Shown piece by piece: positions 56,292 through 64,000 of a DNA stretch of 64,000 nt. The stretch is from Candidatus Eiseniibacteriota bacterium (GTDB taxonomy: Bacteria > Eisenbacteria > RBG-16-71-46). Under the pieces are notes generated by a model, which saw only the letters and a list, made by a program, of their open reading frames with translations, was not told the DNA's origin and did not search any database. Both the position numbers and the translations under genes were made by a program. The stretch is from positions 288,001 to 352,000 of the forward strand of contig CAVUWA010000004.1 in the NCBI GenBank assembly GCA_963744995.1, written 5' to 3'. Numbering within the stretch: the first letter of the stretch is position 1; the number at the start of each line of letters is the position of its first letter.

Positions 56292-57227
56292 CTACCGCTG
56301 CCGTTCGGCGACCGCCACGATCAGGTGGCAGAGCGGTGTGGCCTTCGGGCCGAGCGCGAACACGCGGTCGAGGACGTCCATGTACAGGGCGGCGGCGTCC
56401 TCGCGCGCGCGCGCCTCGCCCACCGCGCGCACCCAGGTCGCCTTGCCGCGCTGCTCGTCGGTGCCGGCGCGCTTGCCGAGGCGCGCGAGCGACGCGCCGC
56501 GGTTCAGGAGGTCGTCGTGGATCTGGAATGCGAGGCCGAGCTGGCGCCCGGACTCGGCGAGGACCGCACGGCGCCGCGCGGGCGCGCCGGCGACGATCGC
56601 CCCGAGCGCCATGGCCGCCGAGATCAGGGCGCCGGTCTTCCGCAGATGGATGTCACGCACCCGCCTTGCGGTCGCCTTCTTCCCTTCGGCCTCGAGGTCC
56701 AGCGCCTGGCCGCCCACCAGCTCGCGGCTGCCGGCCGCGGCGGCCAGGGTGCCGACGGCCTCGGCGACCCGCGCCGCCGGGACGCCCACCTCGCCGAGGC
56801 GGGTCAGTTCCTCGAATGCGAACGCCAGCAGTGCGTCTCCGGCCAGCACGCCGAGCGCGTCGCCGAATTTCTTGTGCGTGGTGATCCGGCCGCGGCGGAA
56901 GTCGTCGTCGTCCATCGCCGGCAGGTCGTCGTGGATCAGCGAAAAGGCGTGAACGCATTCGACCGCGACGGCGGCCGGCAGCGCCTTCTTCCAGTCACCG
57001 CCCGCCGCTTCGCACGCGGAGAGCGTGAGCAGCGGCCGCAGCCGCTTGCCGGGCGCGAGTGCGCCGTAGCGCATGGCGGCGTGCAGGCGCCGGGGCGGTG
57101 CGCTCGCCGCCGGGAGTGCACGCTTGAAGTGACGCTCGAAGGCGGCGAGCCGGGCGTGCAGGACACGCGCGGTGCCCGGCGCGAGCTCGGCGCCGGCGCT
57201 GGCGTAGGTGCGGCCGCGTTTCGTCAA
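56292..57227 (-). CDS. ispA: Farnesyl/geranylgeranyl diphosphate synthase
   Basis: GKRLRP, SLIHDDLPAMDDDDFRRG, GQALD, KTGAL, AFQIHDDLL. Confidence 0.93.
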   Translation of the reverse strand: MTKRGRTYASAGAELAPGTARVLHARLAAFERHFKRALPAASAPPRRLHAAMRYGALAPGKRLRPLLTLSACEAAGGDWKKALPAAVAVECVHAFSLIHDDLPAMDDDDFRRGRITTHKKFGDALGVLAGDALLAFAFEELTRLGEVGVPAARVAEAVGTLAAAAGSRELVGGQALDLEAEGKKATARRVRDIHLRKTGALISAAMALGAIVAGAPARRRAVLAESGRQLGLAFQIHDDLLNRGASLARLGKRAGTDEQRGKATWVRAVGEARAREDAAALYMDVLDRVFALGPKATPLCHLIVAVAERQR

Positions 57228-57532
57228 AAGGGCAGCTGGCCCGTGCCGCCCGGTTCGTCTTCGAAGTCGTCGTCCATCGGGCGCGTGGCGGGCGGCTCCT
57301 CGCCCCGGCCCTCGACGAGCTTCTCGATGCGCTTCTCGGCCTGATCCAGCGTGCGCCCCAGGCCGCGCGACAGCTTCATGCCCTCTTCGTAGCGGGCGAT
57401 GGACTCTTCGAGCGTCAGCTGCCCGCCTTCCAGATCCTCGACGATCGCCTCGAGGCGGCCGAGCGCCTCTTCGAACGGCGGCATCGCGTCCGCGCCCTCG
57501 TCCGCGTCCGCTGGCTTCTTCTTAGGAGGCAT
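57224..57532 (-). CDS. xseB: Exodeoxyribonuclease VII small subunit
   Basis: FEEALGRLEAIVEDLEGGQLTLEESIARYEEG. Confidence 0.95.
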   Translation of the reverse strand: MPPKKKPADADEGADAMPPFEEALGRLEAIVEDLEGGQLTLEESIARYEEGMKLSRGLGRTLDQAEKRIEKLVEGRGEEPPATRPMDDDFEDEPGGTGQLPF

Positions 57533-58886
57533 CCGCTTCTCCCCTGCGAATCCGTTCCACCCGTGCGTCCGCCTCGCCAGAGGCGAACTCGAGCGCGATC
57601 AGGTCGCCGACGCCGACGGCGTCTACGGCGCGCAGCAGGGTACCGTCCGCGGCGCGCGCGATGCAAAAGCCCCGCGCGAGCACCTCGCGCGGCGACAGCG
57701 CACGCAGCCGGTCGGACAGGTGGACGAGCTGCCGGCGGCGGTCGTCCACCAGCCCCACGGCGACCGCCACCAGGCGCTCGCGCGCGGCCGCGGTCTCGCG
57801 GCGCCGCTCGGCGAGCGTGGCCGGGAAACGCCGGAAGCCGTAGCGTGCGACCGCCTGCTCGAAGCGCCCGCGCGCGCCCTCCACCGCGCGCCGCACCGCC
57901 GCGTCCACCGACTTGAGCGCATCGTCCACGCGCTGGCGGAAGCCGTCGAGCAGGTCGCGCTGGCGGCGGAAGCCGTACTTGCCGACCAGCGCCTGCAGCT
58001 GGCGGCGGCGCAGCGCCACCGTGTGGCGCAGGGCACGCGTCGCGCGACCGGCGAGCAGGCCCACGCGCGCCGCGGTCTCGGCCCGGTCGCGCACCGCAAG
58101 CTCGGCGGCGTTGGACGGCGTCGCCGCGCGCACGTCGGCGGCGAGCTCGACCAGCGTCTGATCCACTTCGTGGCCGACGCCGGCGATCACCGGAATCTCC
58201 GACTCGGCGACCGCGCGCACCACCGGCTCTTCGTTGAACGCCCACAGGTCCTCGAGCGAGCCGCCGCCGCGCCCCACGAGCAGGACGTCCACGCCGCCGT
58301 AACGGTTGAAGCGCCGCACGGCGGCGGCGATCTCGGCCGCGGCCCCCTCGCCCTGCACGCGCACCGGCGCGAGCACGATGCGGATCGAAGGCCAGCGCGC
58401 ACGCAGCACCTTGATCATGTCGCGCACTGCCGCACCGCTCGGCGAGGTGACGAGCCCGACCGATTCCGGGTAGGCCGGCGGCGGTTTCCGGCGCGCCGGA
58501 TCGAACAGGCCCTCTTCCAGCAGCCGGCGCTTGAGCGCCTCCAGCTCGAGCAGCAGCGCGCCGACGCCGGCCGGACGCATCTCCTGCACGTTCAGCTGGT
58601 ACCGGCCGCGCGGCGCATACACCGAGACCGAGCCGAACGCCTCGATCTCCATGCCGTCCTTGAGGTCGAACGTCACCCGCGAGGCGTGCCGCGACCACAG
58701 CGCGCACTCGAGCAGCGCTTCGTTGCCCTCGCGCAGCGAGAAGTAGACGTGCCCGCTCGGCGCGCGGCGCACGCCGGTCGCCTCGCCGCGCACCCAGACC
58801 GCGGGGAACGTCTCGTCCACCAGGGCCTTGATGCGCCGGGTGATCGCGGCGACCGAGAGGATCTCGTCAGGCGGCAGCAGGCTCAC
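57522..58886 (-). CDS. xseA: Exodeoxyribonuclease VII large subunit
   Basis: SGHVYFSL, VTSPSGAAVRD, GRGGGSLEDLWAFNEE, GHEVD, ATPSNAAE. Confidence 0.96.
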   Translation of the reverse strand: MSLLPPDEILSVAAITRRIKALVDETFPAVWVRGEATGVRRAPSGHVYFSLREGNEALLECALWSRHASRVTFDLKDGMEIEAFGSVSVYAPRGRYQLNVQEMRPAGVGALLLELEALKRRLLEEGLFDPARRKPPPAYPESVGLVTSPSGAAVRDMIKVLRARWPSIRIVLAPVRVQGEGAAAEIAAAVRRFNRYGGVDVLLVGRGGGSLEDLWAFNEEPVVRAVAESEIPVIAGVGHEVDQTLVELAADVRAATPSNAAELAVRDRAETAARVGLLAGRATRALRHTVALRRRQLQALVGKYGFRRQRDLLDGFRQRVDDALKSVDAAVRRAVEGARGRFEQAVARYGFRRFPATLAERRRETAAARERLVAVAVGLVDDRRRQLVHLSDRLRALSPREVLARGFCIARAADGTLLRAVDAVGVGDLIALEFASGEADARVERIRRGEADAS

Positions 58887-58899
58887 GCGGTGGGCGTCC

Positions 58900-60594
58900 T
58901 CAGGTCTGCCCGGCCGGGGCCATGCCGTGCTGGCGCGCCGCGGCGATGACGGTGTTGGTGACGACCATCGCCACGGTCAGCGGACCCACGCCGCCCGGCA
59001 CCGGGGTCAGCGCGCCGGCGACCTGTTTCACCGATTCGGCGTCCACGTCGCCGGTGAGGCGGGTGCCTTTCGGGCGGTCGGGCGCCGGGACCCGGTGCAT
59101 GCCCACGTCCACGACCGTTGCGCCCTTCTTCACCCACTCGGCATCCACGATCTCCGGCTTGCCGATCGCGGCCACCAGCAGGTCGGCTTCGCGGGCGAGC
59201 CGCTGCAGTTCGGGGCCGCTGCGGCTGTGGCCGAGCGTGACGGTCATGTCGACACCCTTGCTCGAGAGCAGCGTCGCCAGCGGCCGGCCGACGATGTTCG
59301 AGCGACCGAGCACCACCGCATGACGCCCGGCGAGCGGGATCTCGTGGTAACGCAGCATTTCGAGGATGCCGCGCGGCGTCGCCGAGATCAGCGCCGGAAG
59401 CCCGAGGCTCAGGCGGCCGACGTTCTCCGGATGGAACCCGTCGACGTCCTTCGCGGGCGGGATCGCCTCGAGGATTTCCTGAGGCTCGGCGGGTGGCGCG
59501 AGCGGCAGCTGCACCAGGATCCCGTGCACCTCCGGGTTCGCGCCGAGCGCCTTCACGCGCTCGACCACCGCCGTGGTCGTCGTGCCGGCGGGGAGCTTCA
59601 CGCGTTCGACCCGGATGCCGACCTGCTCGCAGGCCTCCTGCTTGTGCCGCATGTAGATCTTCGAGGCCGGGTCGTCGCCCACCGAGACCAGCGCCAGCAC
59701 CGGCGCCACGCCGAGTTCCTTCAGGCGCTGCACTTCGGTGTGCGCCGCGTAGCGCGCGGTCTCCGCCGGCTCGGCGCCGCGCAGAATGCGCGCCTCGCCG
59801 CGGCTTTCCGGGTCGTACGGCAGCTGAATGCGGCGGATCGAACGCGCCTTGCCCGTGGCGGGATCGACCGTGAGCAGCACGGCGTTGAGCCGCAGGTCGC
59901 CCGACGAGGGCGTGAGCCGCTGCGGCATGAGCGTGAGGAAGCGGTGCAGCGCGCCCTGCTTGTCCATGCCGATCACCGAGTCGAAACCGCCGGTCATGCC
60001 GGCGTCGGTGAGGTACGCGGTGCCGCGCGGCAGGATGCGCTCGTCGGCGGTCTGCGTATGGGTGTGGGTGCCGAGCACCGCGCTCACCCGCCCGTCCAGG
60101 TGCCAGCCCAGCGCCACCTTCTCGGCGGTCGCCTCGGCGTGAAAGTCGACGAAGATCGTCTTCGTCTTCTTCGACAGATCGTCGAGCAGCGCGTCCACGA
60201 TGCGGAACGGCGAATCCACCTCGCGCATGAACACCTGCCCGAGCAGGCTCACGATGCCCACCGGCGTGCCGTCGCTGGCCGTGAACACGGCGCTCCCCTG
60301 CCCCGGCGTGCCGGGTGGCATGTTGGCCGGCCGCACCAGGCGCGGCTCGTCGCCCAGGTAGCCCATGGCGTCCTTGCGGTCCCAGAGATGATTCCCGCCG
60401 GTCAGGACGTCCACGCCGGCGTCGTAGAGACCGGACGCGGTCTCGCGCGTCAGCCCGAAGCCGCCGGCCGAGTTCTCGCCGTTGCAGATCACCAGATGGA
60501 CGTCGTGTCGTTTCCTGAGGCCGGGGAGCAACGCCTGCACCACGTCGCGCCCCGGCGAGCCGATCACGTCGGCGATGAAGAGGATGTTGGTCAT
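58900..60594 (-). CDS. Fusion of YmdB-like metallophosphoesterase (N-terminal) and FolD methylene-THF dehydrogenase/cyclohydrolase (C-terminal)
   Basis: N-half: ADVIG, NGENSAGG, TGGNH, DFHAEATAEK, GTHTH, TDAGMTG. C-half: VGDDPAS, GILVQLP, KDVDG, GRSNIVGRP, TPVPGGVGPLT. Single uninterrupted frame. Confidence 0.92.
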   Translation of the reverse strand: MTNILFIADVIGSPGRDVVQALLPGLRKRHDVHLVICNGENSAGGFGLTRETASGLYDAGVDVLTGGNHLWDRKDAMGYLGDEPRLVRPANMPPGTPGQGSAVFTASDGTPVGIVSLLGQVFMREVDSPFRIVDALLDDLSKKTKTIFVDFHAEATAEKVALGWHLDGRVSAVLGTHTHTQTADERILPRGTAYLTDAGMTGGFDSVIGMDKQGALHRFLTLMPQRLTPSSGDLRLNAVLLTVDPATGKARSIRRIQLPYDPESRGEARILRGAEPAETARYAAHTEVQRLKELGVAPVLALVSVGDDPASKIYMRHKQEACEQVGIRVERVKLPAGTTTTAVVERVKALGANPEVHGILVQLPLAPPAEPQEILEAIPPAKDVDGFHPENVGRLSLGLPALISATPRGILEMLRYHEIPLAGRHAVVLGRSNIVGRPLATLLSSKGVDMTVTLGHSRSGPELQRLAREADLLVAAIGKPEIVDAEWVKKGATVVDVGMHRVPAPDRPKGTRLTGDVDAESVKQVAGALTPVPGGVGPLTVAMVVTNTVIAAARQHGMAPAGQT

Positions 60595-60655
60595 CCCGCC
60601 CTCCCGGCGGTGGTTGCCGCCCGTTTCCTTCGCGATCGCGGGCAAACGCCCGTGC

Positions 60656-62215
60656 TCAGCGCGCGTAGTCGACCGCGCGCGTCTCGCGGATCACCGTGAC
60701 CCGGATCTGCCCCGGGTATTGCAGTTCCTTTTCGATGCGACGCGCAATGTCGTTCGCGAGCCCCTGCGCCCGGGCATCGTCGACGCGCGCGTGCTCCACC
60801 ATGATGCGCACCTCACGGCCGGCCTGGATCGCGTAGGACTTCTCGACCCCCGGGAAGCCGCCGGCGATCTTCTCCAGGGCCTCCAGCCGCTTGATGTAGA
60901 TCTCGAGGCTCTCGCGCCGCGCCCCGGGCCGCGCGCCGGAGATCGCGTCCGCGGCCGAGATCAGCACCGGCCACAGGCTCCCGCCGGCGTAGTCGTCGTG
61001 GTGGTAGCCGATGGCCTCGAGCACCGGCTGCGGCTCGCCGTAACGCGCCGCGAACTCCATGCCCAGCGCCGGATGCGTGCCCTCCTGGTCGTGGTCGATC
61101 GCCTTGCCGATGTCGTGCAGCAGGCCGCCGCGCTTGGCCATCTTCTGATCCATGCCGATCTCGGCAGCCATCATGCCGGCGATGTGCGCGACCTCGATCG
61201 AATGACGCAGGATGTTCTGCCCGTAAGAGGTCCGGTAGTAGAGGCGGCCGAGCAGGTACTGCACCTCCGGGTGCAGGCCGTGCACGCCGACCTCGAGACA
61301 GGCGAGCTCGCCCTGCTCGCGGATCTTGTTCTCGACCTCGACCTTGACCTTGGCGACCACCTCTTCGATGCGCGCCGGGTGGATGCGCCCGTCGGCGACC
61401 AGCCGCTCGAGGGCGAGCCGCGCGATCTCGCGGCGGACCGGGTCGAAGCCCGAAAGGATCACGGCCTCCGGCGTATCGTCGATGATCACATCCACGCCGG
61501 TGATCACCTCGAACGAGCGGATGTTGCGGCCCTCGCGGCCGATGATCCGGCCCTTCATGTCGTCGCTCGGCAGGTGCACGACCGACACCGAGGACTCCGA
61601 CACGTGATCCGCGGCGTAGCGCTGCATGGCGAGCGTCATGATCCGGCGCGCCTCGCGCTCGGCGTTGCGCTGCGCCGCGTCGCGCACCTCGGCGACCAGC
61701 TTCGTGGCCTCGGCTCGCGCCTCGTGCTCGATGCTGGAGATGAGCTGGTTGCGCGCGTCGTCGACCGTGAGGCCGGCGACCCGCTCGAGCTGCGCGGTTT
61801 CGGCGGCGATCAGCTTTTCCAGCTCGGCGTGCCGTTCGCCGGCGGCGGCTTCGCGGCGCTGGACCTCCTGCTCGAGCCGCTTGAGGTCGCGTTCCATCTT
61901 CTCGACCAGCTCGACGCGGCGGTTGAACGCCGCTTCCTTTTCCTGGAACGCGCGTTCGGCCGCGAGCTGCTCCTTGCGCATCTCCGCCAGCTCGCGCTCG
62001 ACCTGCTGCTTGAGGTGCAGCGACTCCTCGCGGCCTTCGAGCGTGGCGTTGCGCTTCAGGGTCTCCGCTTCGCGCCGCGCCTGTTCGACCATCGCGGCGG
62101 CCTGCAGCTCGGCGCTGCGCGCGCGGCTGCTGCCGATGCGCGAGCGCAGCATGTAGCCGACCCAGAACGCCACGACGGCACCGATCGCGATGCCGCCGAG
62201 AGCCACTGCGTCCAT
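60656..62215 (-). CDS. rny: Ribonuclease Y
   Basis: N-terminal TM, coiled coil, KH motif [16 protein letters not shown] motif [17 protein letters not shown]. Confidence 0.97.
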   Translation of the reverse strand: MDAVALGGIAIGAVVAFWVGYMLRSRIGSSRARSAELQAAAMVEQARREAETLKRNATLEGREESLHLKQQVERELAEMRKEQLAAERAFQEKEAAFNRRVELVEKMERDLKRLEQEVQRREAAAGERHAELEKLIAAETAQLERVAGLTVDDARNQLISSIEHEARAEATKLVAEVRDAAQRNAEREARRIMTLAMQRYAADHVSESSVSVVHLPSDDMKGRIIGREGRNIRSFEVITGVDVIIDDTPEAVILSGFDPVRREIARLALERLVADGRIHPARIEEVVAKVKVEVENKIREQGELACLEVGVHGLHPEVQYLLGRLYYRTSYGQNILRHSIEVAHIAGMMAAEIGMDQKMAKRGGLLHDIGKAIDHDQEGTHPALGMEFAARYGEPQPVLEAIGYHHDDYAGGSLWPVLISAADAISGARPGARRESLEIYIKRLEALEKIAGGFPGVEKSYAIQAGREVRIMVEHARVDDARAQGLANDIARRIEKELQYPGQIRVTVIRETRAVDYAR

Positions 62216-62295
62216 GGACGTCTCCCCCGGGTCCCGCCGGTCGCCGTGCCGCCCGAAAGCGACCTCGACGCCGGCCGGGGCCGAGGCAGGGAAAA

Positions 62296-62479
62296 ATCCC
62301 CGCCGGTATGCCGTGAGTCCGTGTGTTCTTGAGACCTGGATCACCAGGTGGGCGTTCCTACGACCGGGTCTGCGATCCGAGCCCCGCGAGGGGTCGGCGT
62401 GGCGTCGCCGGCCACCGGTTCACCCTTTACGTCAGCATTGGTTCAAGAACATCCTGGACAACACGAGCACGGCAGGGAC
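62296..62479 (-). ncRNA. ssrS: 6S RNA (SsrS)
   Basis: About 184 nt between zapA and rny, the canonical position. 5' GTCCCTGCCG..GTTCTTGA pairs with 3' TCAAGAAC..CGGCGGGGAT, consistent with a long rod containing a central bubble. Ends are approximate. Confidence 0.85.
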
Positions 62480-62505
62480 ATCGCGTGGCGCGGTGGCGCC
62501 ATTCT

Positions 62506-62811
62506 TCAGGACCGGGTTCGCTCTTCCTCGAGCAGCTCGTCGAGCACCGCATTCAGGCGCGCGGTCTTTTCGCCGAGCTGCCGGGTCTGGTTCTCCCGGC
62601 GTGAACGCTCCTTGAAAAGCTCATCGGCGATGTTGAGGGAAGCGAGAATGGCCACCTTCGACAACGAAGCCACCGGAAGACGCTCGGTGATTTCCCGCAT
62701 CTTCCGGTCGACGTAGGAAGAGACTTCCATGATGTATTCGTGATCGGCTTCGCCGCGGATCGTGTAGCTGTGCCCGAAGATCTGGACCTGGACCACGTTC
62801 TTGGAGTCCAT
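62506..62811 (-). CDS. zapA: Cell division protein ZapA
   Basis: VQVQIFGHSYTI, YVDRKMREI, AILASLNIADELF. Confidence 0.93.
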   Translation of the reverse strand: MDSKNVVQVQIFGHSYTIRGEADHEYIMEVSSYVDRKMREITERLPVASLSKVAILASLNIADELFKERSRRENQTRQLGEKTARLNAVLDELLEEERTRS

Positions 62812-62900
62812 GTCGCCTCCGCGTTGCCGCGATTCCCTGCACTGGTTCTCTGTCGATGCCCGTTCCGCGCGCCGGCCGCGGCCGCCGCCACGAACCGGGC

Positions 62901-63197
62901 CTATGTCTCGATCCGCTCCAGTTTGCCGATGAGCGTCTCGATTCTCGAAGCCACGTCCCGCCGTTCGGTCTGCCAGTTCTTCTGTTCGCGCTTGAGCGCG
63001 CCCAGTTCGTCCAGCAGGGCGCCGGGATCCTGGCCCTGTAGTTTCTGTTCGAGCTCGGCGACCCGCTTCGTCAGCGTTTCGTTCTCGCGCCCGAGCCGTT
63101 CGCGGTCGTCCCGCAACTGCTGCACCAGCGCCGCGGCCTTCTCCACCCGCTCGGCCAGCCGGTCCAGATCCATCTGCATCGTCGTGGTGTCGTTCAT
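62901..63197 (-). CDS. ZapB-like coiled-coil protein
   Basis: 98-aa heptad-rich protein between pheT and zapA; ATGA overlap with the pheT stop. Confidence 0.75.
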   Translation of the reverse strand: MNDTTTMQMDLDRLAERVEKAAALVQQLRDDRERLGRENETLTKRVAELEQKLQGQDPGALLDELGALKREQKNWQTERRDVASRIETLIGKLERIET

Positions 63198-64000
63198 CGC
63201 TCTCTCAAGCGGCCGCCGTGCTGCTCGGCGACGGCGGTCACCATGCGGTCCTGAATCGTCTGGACCTCGGCCTCGGTCAGCGTGCGCTCCGGATGCTGAA
63301 ATCGAAGCGCGTACGCCAGACTGCGCGTGCCTTCCGGTGTGCCCGGCCCCGTATAGATGTCGAACAGCTCGATGGAATCGAGCCGGGCGCCCGCGCTTTC
63401 GACGAGCGTCCGCTCGAGTTCCCGGTGGGTGACCCGCTCGTCGACGAAGAACGCGAGATCGCGGCGCACCGGCGGGAACCGACCCGGCAGGCGGACCGCG
63501 CCGGGGGCGAGCGAGCGCGACTCGAGCACATCGAGCCGTGTCACGAACGCGTGCAGCGGAACCTCGATGTCCCACGTCTTCAGCACCGCGGGCCCCAGCG
63601 TTCCGGCCCATCCAATGCGCGAAGTCCCGCTTGCAACCTCCGCACTGGCACCGGTTTTCCAACCGGGCGCAGCATAGGACCGCCATTCGGGAGTGTCAAC
63701 GCGCATCTCCTCGAGCCACGCTTCCCAGATTCCCTGCGCGTCGTCGAAGTCGGTCGTCGCCTGCGTCGCGTCGTGCGCGTGCGCGTAACGCGGCCCGCAG
63801 ACGATCGCCGCGACGTACAGCGTCTCCTCGGGCAGTTCGCCCCCGCGCGCTGCAAAGCCGTGGCCGACCTCGTAGAGGCGCACCGCCTGCGCGCCCTGAC
63901 GCAGGTTGTGCGCCGCCGCGCGCAGGAGGCCTGCGAGCAGGTTCGGGCGCAGCACTTCGTGCTCGCGGCTCATCGGATTCGAGAGCCGCACCAGCGTCGC
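63194..64000 (-). CDS. pheT: Phenylalanyl-tRNA synthetase beta subunit, C-terminal part (5' end outside the window)
   Basis: LSNPMS..LRPNLL, RLYEVG, FPPVRRDLAF, LFDIY, RSLAY, ERTLT (FDX-ACB domain). Confidence 0.95.
   Translation of the reverse strand, partial: ATLVRLSNPMSREHEVLRPNLLAGLLRAAAHNLRQGAQAVRLYEVGHGFAARGGELPEETLYVAAIVCGPRYAHAHDATQATTDFDDAQGIWEAWLEEMRVDTPEWRSYAAPGWKTGASAEVASGTSRIGWAGTLGPAVLKTWDIEVPLHAFVTRLDVLESRSLAPGAVRLPGRFPPVRRDLAFFVDERVTHRELERTLVESAGARLDSIELFDIYTGPGTPEGTRSLAYALRFQHPERTLTEAEVQTIQDRMVTAVAEQHGGRLRER

Overview
High-GC bacterial chromosomal segment made up mostly of housekeeping genes. The gene content looks FCB-superphylum-like, but that is an inference and is not verified. 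The left half is mainly + strand: guaA, slt, csp, secA, DUF494-topA-xerC, dapF-dapA-dapB, a peptidase/TolB/Omp85 protein, rpsT, uvrC-xerD, and a coupled beta-CASP nuclease / SNF2 ATPase / Zn-ribbon protein module. The right half is entirely - strand: pheT-zapB-zapA-6S RNA-rny-(ymdB::folD fusion)-xseAB-ispA-dxs-nadK-recN-trpEGDCFB, tRNA-Arg(CCG), a ubiE-like gene, a GGDEF gene, wbpB/D/E-like genes, a two-component pair, and lptE-holA-leuS. The two halves converge near 30-31.7 kb, where a dif-like site lies at 30258-30285, so the window probably spans the replication terminus. Next to dif are an inverted partial dif copy forming a 19-bp stem, a 76-bp hairpin-rich tandem repeat and an atypical orphan gene, possibly a Xer-exploiting element or its remnant. 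Other notable items are the beta-CASP + Tudor-SNF2 + Zn-ribbon triad, the in-frame YmdB-FolD fusion, a trp operon lacking trpA and ending at a REPIN/MITE-like inverted repeat, and a frameshift in leuS that is probably a sequence error. No CRISPR array, rRNA or transposase was seen.
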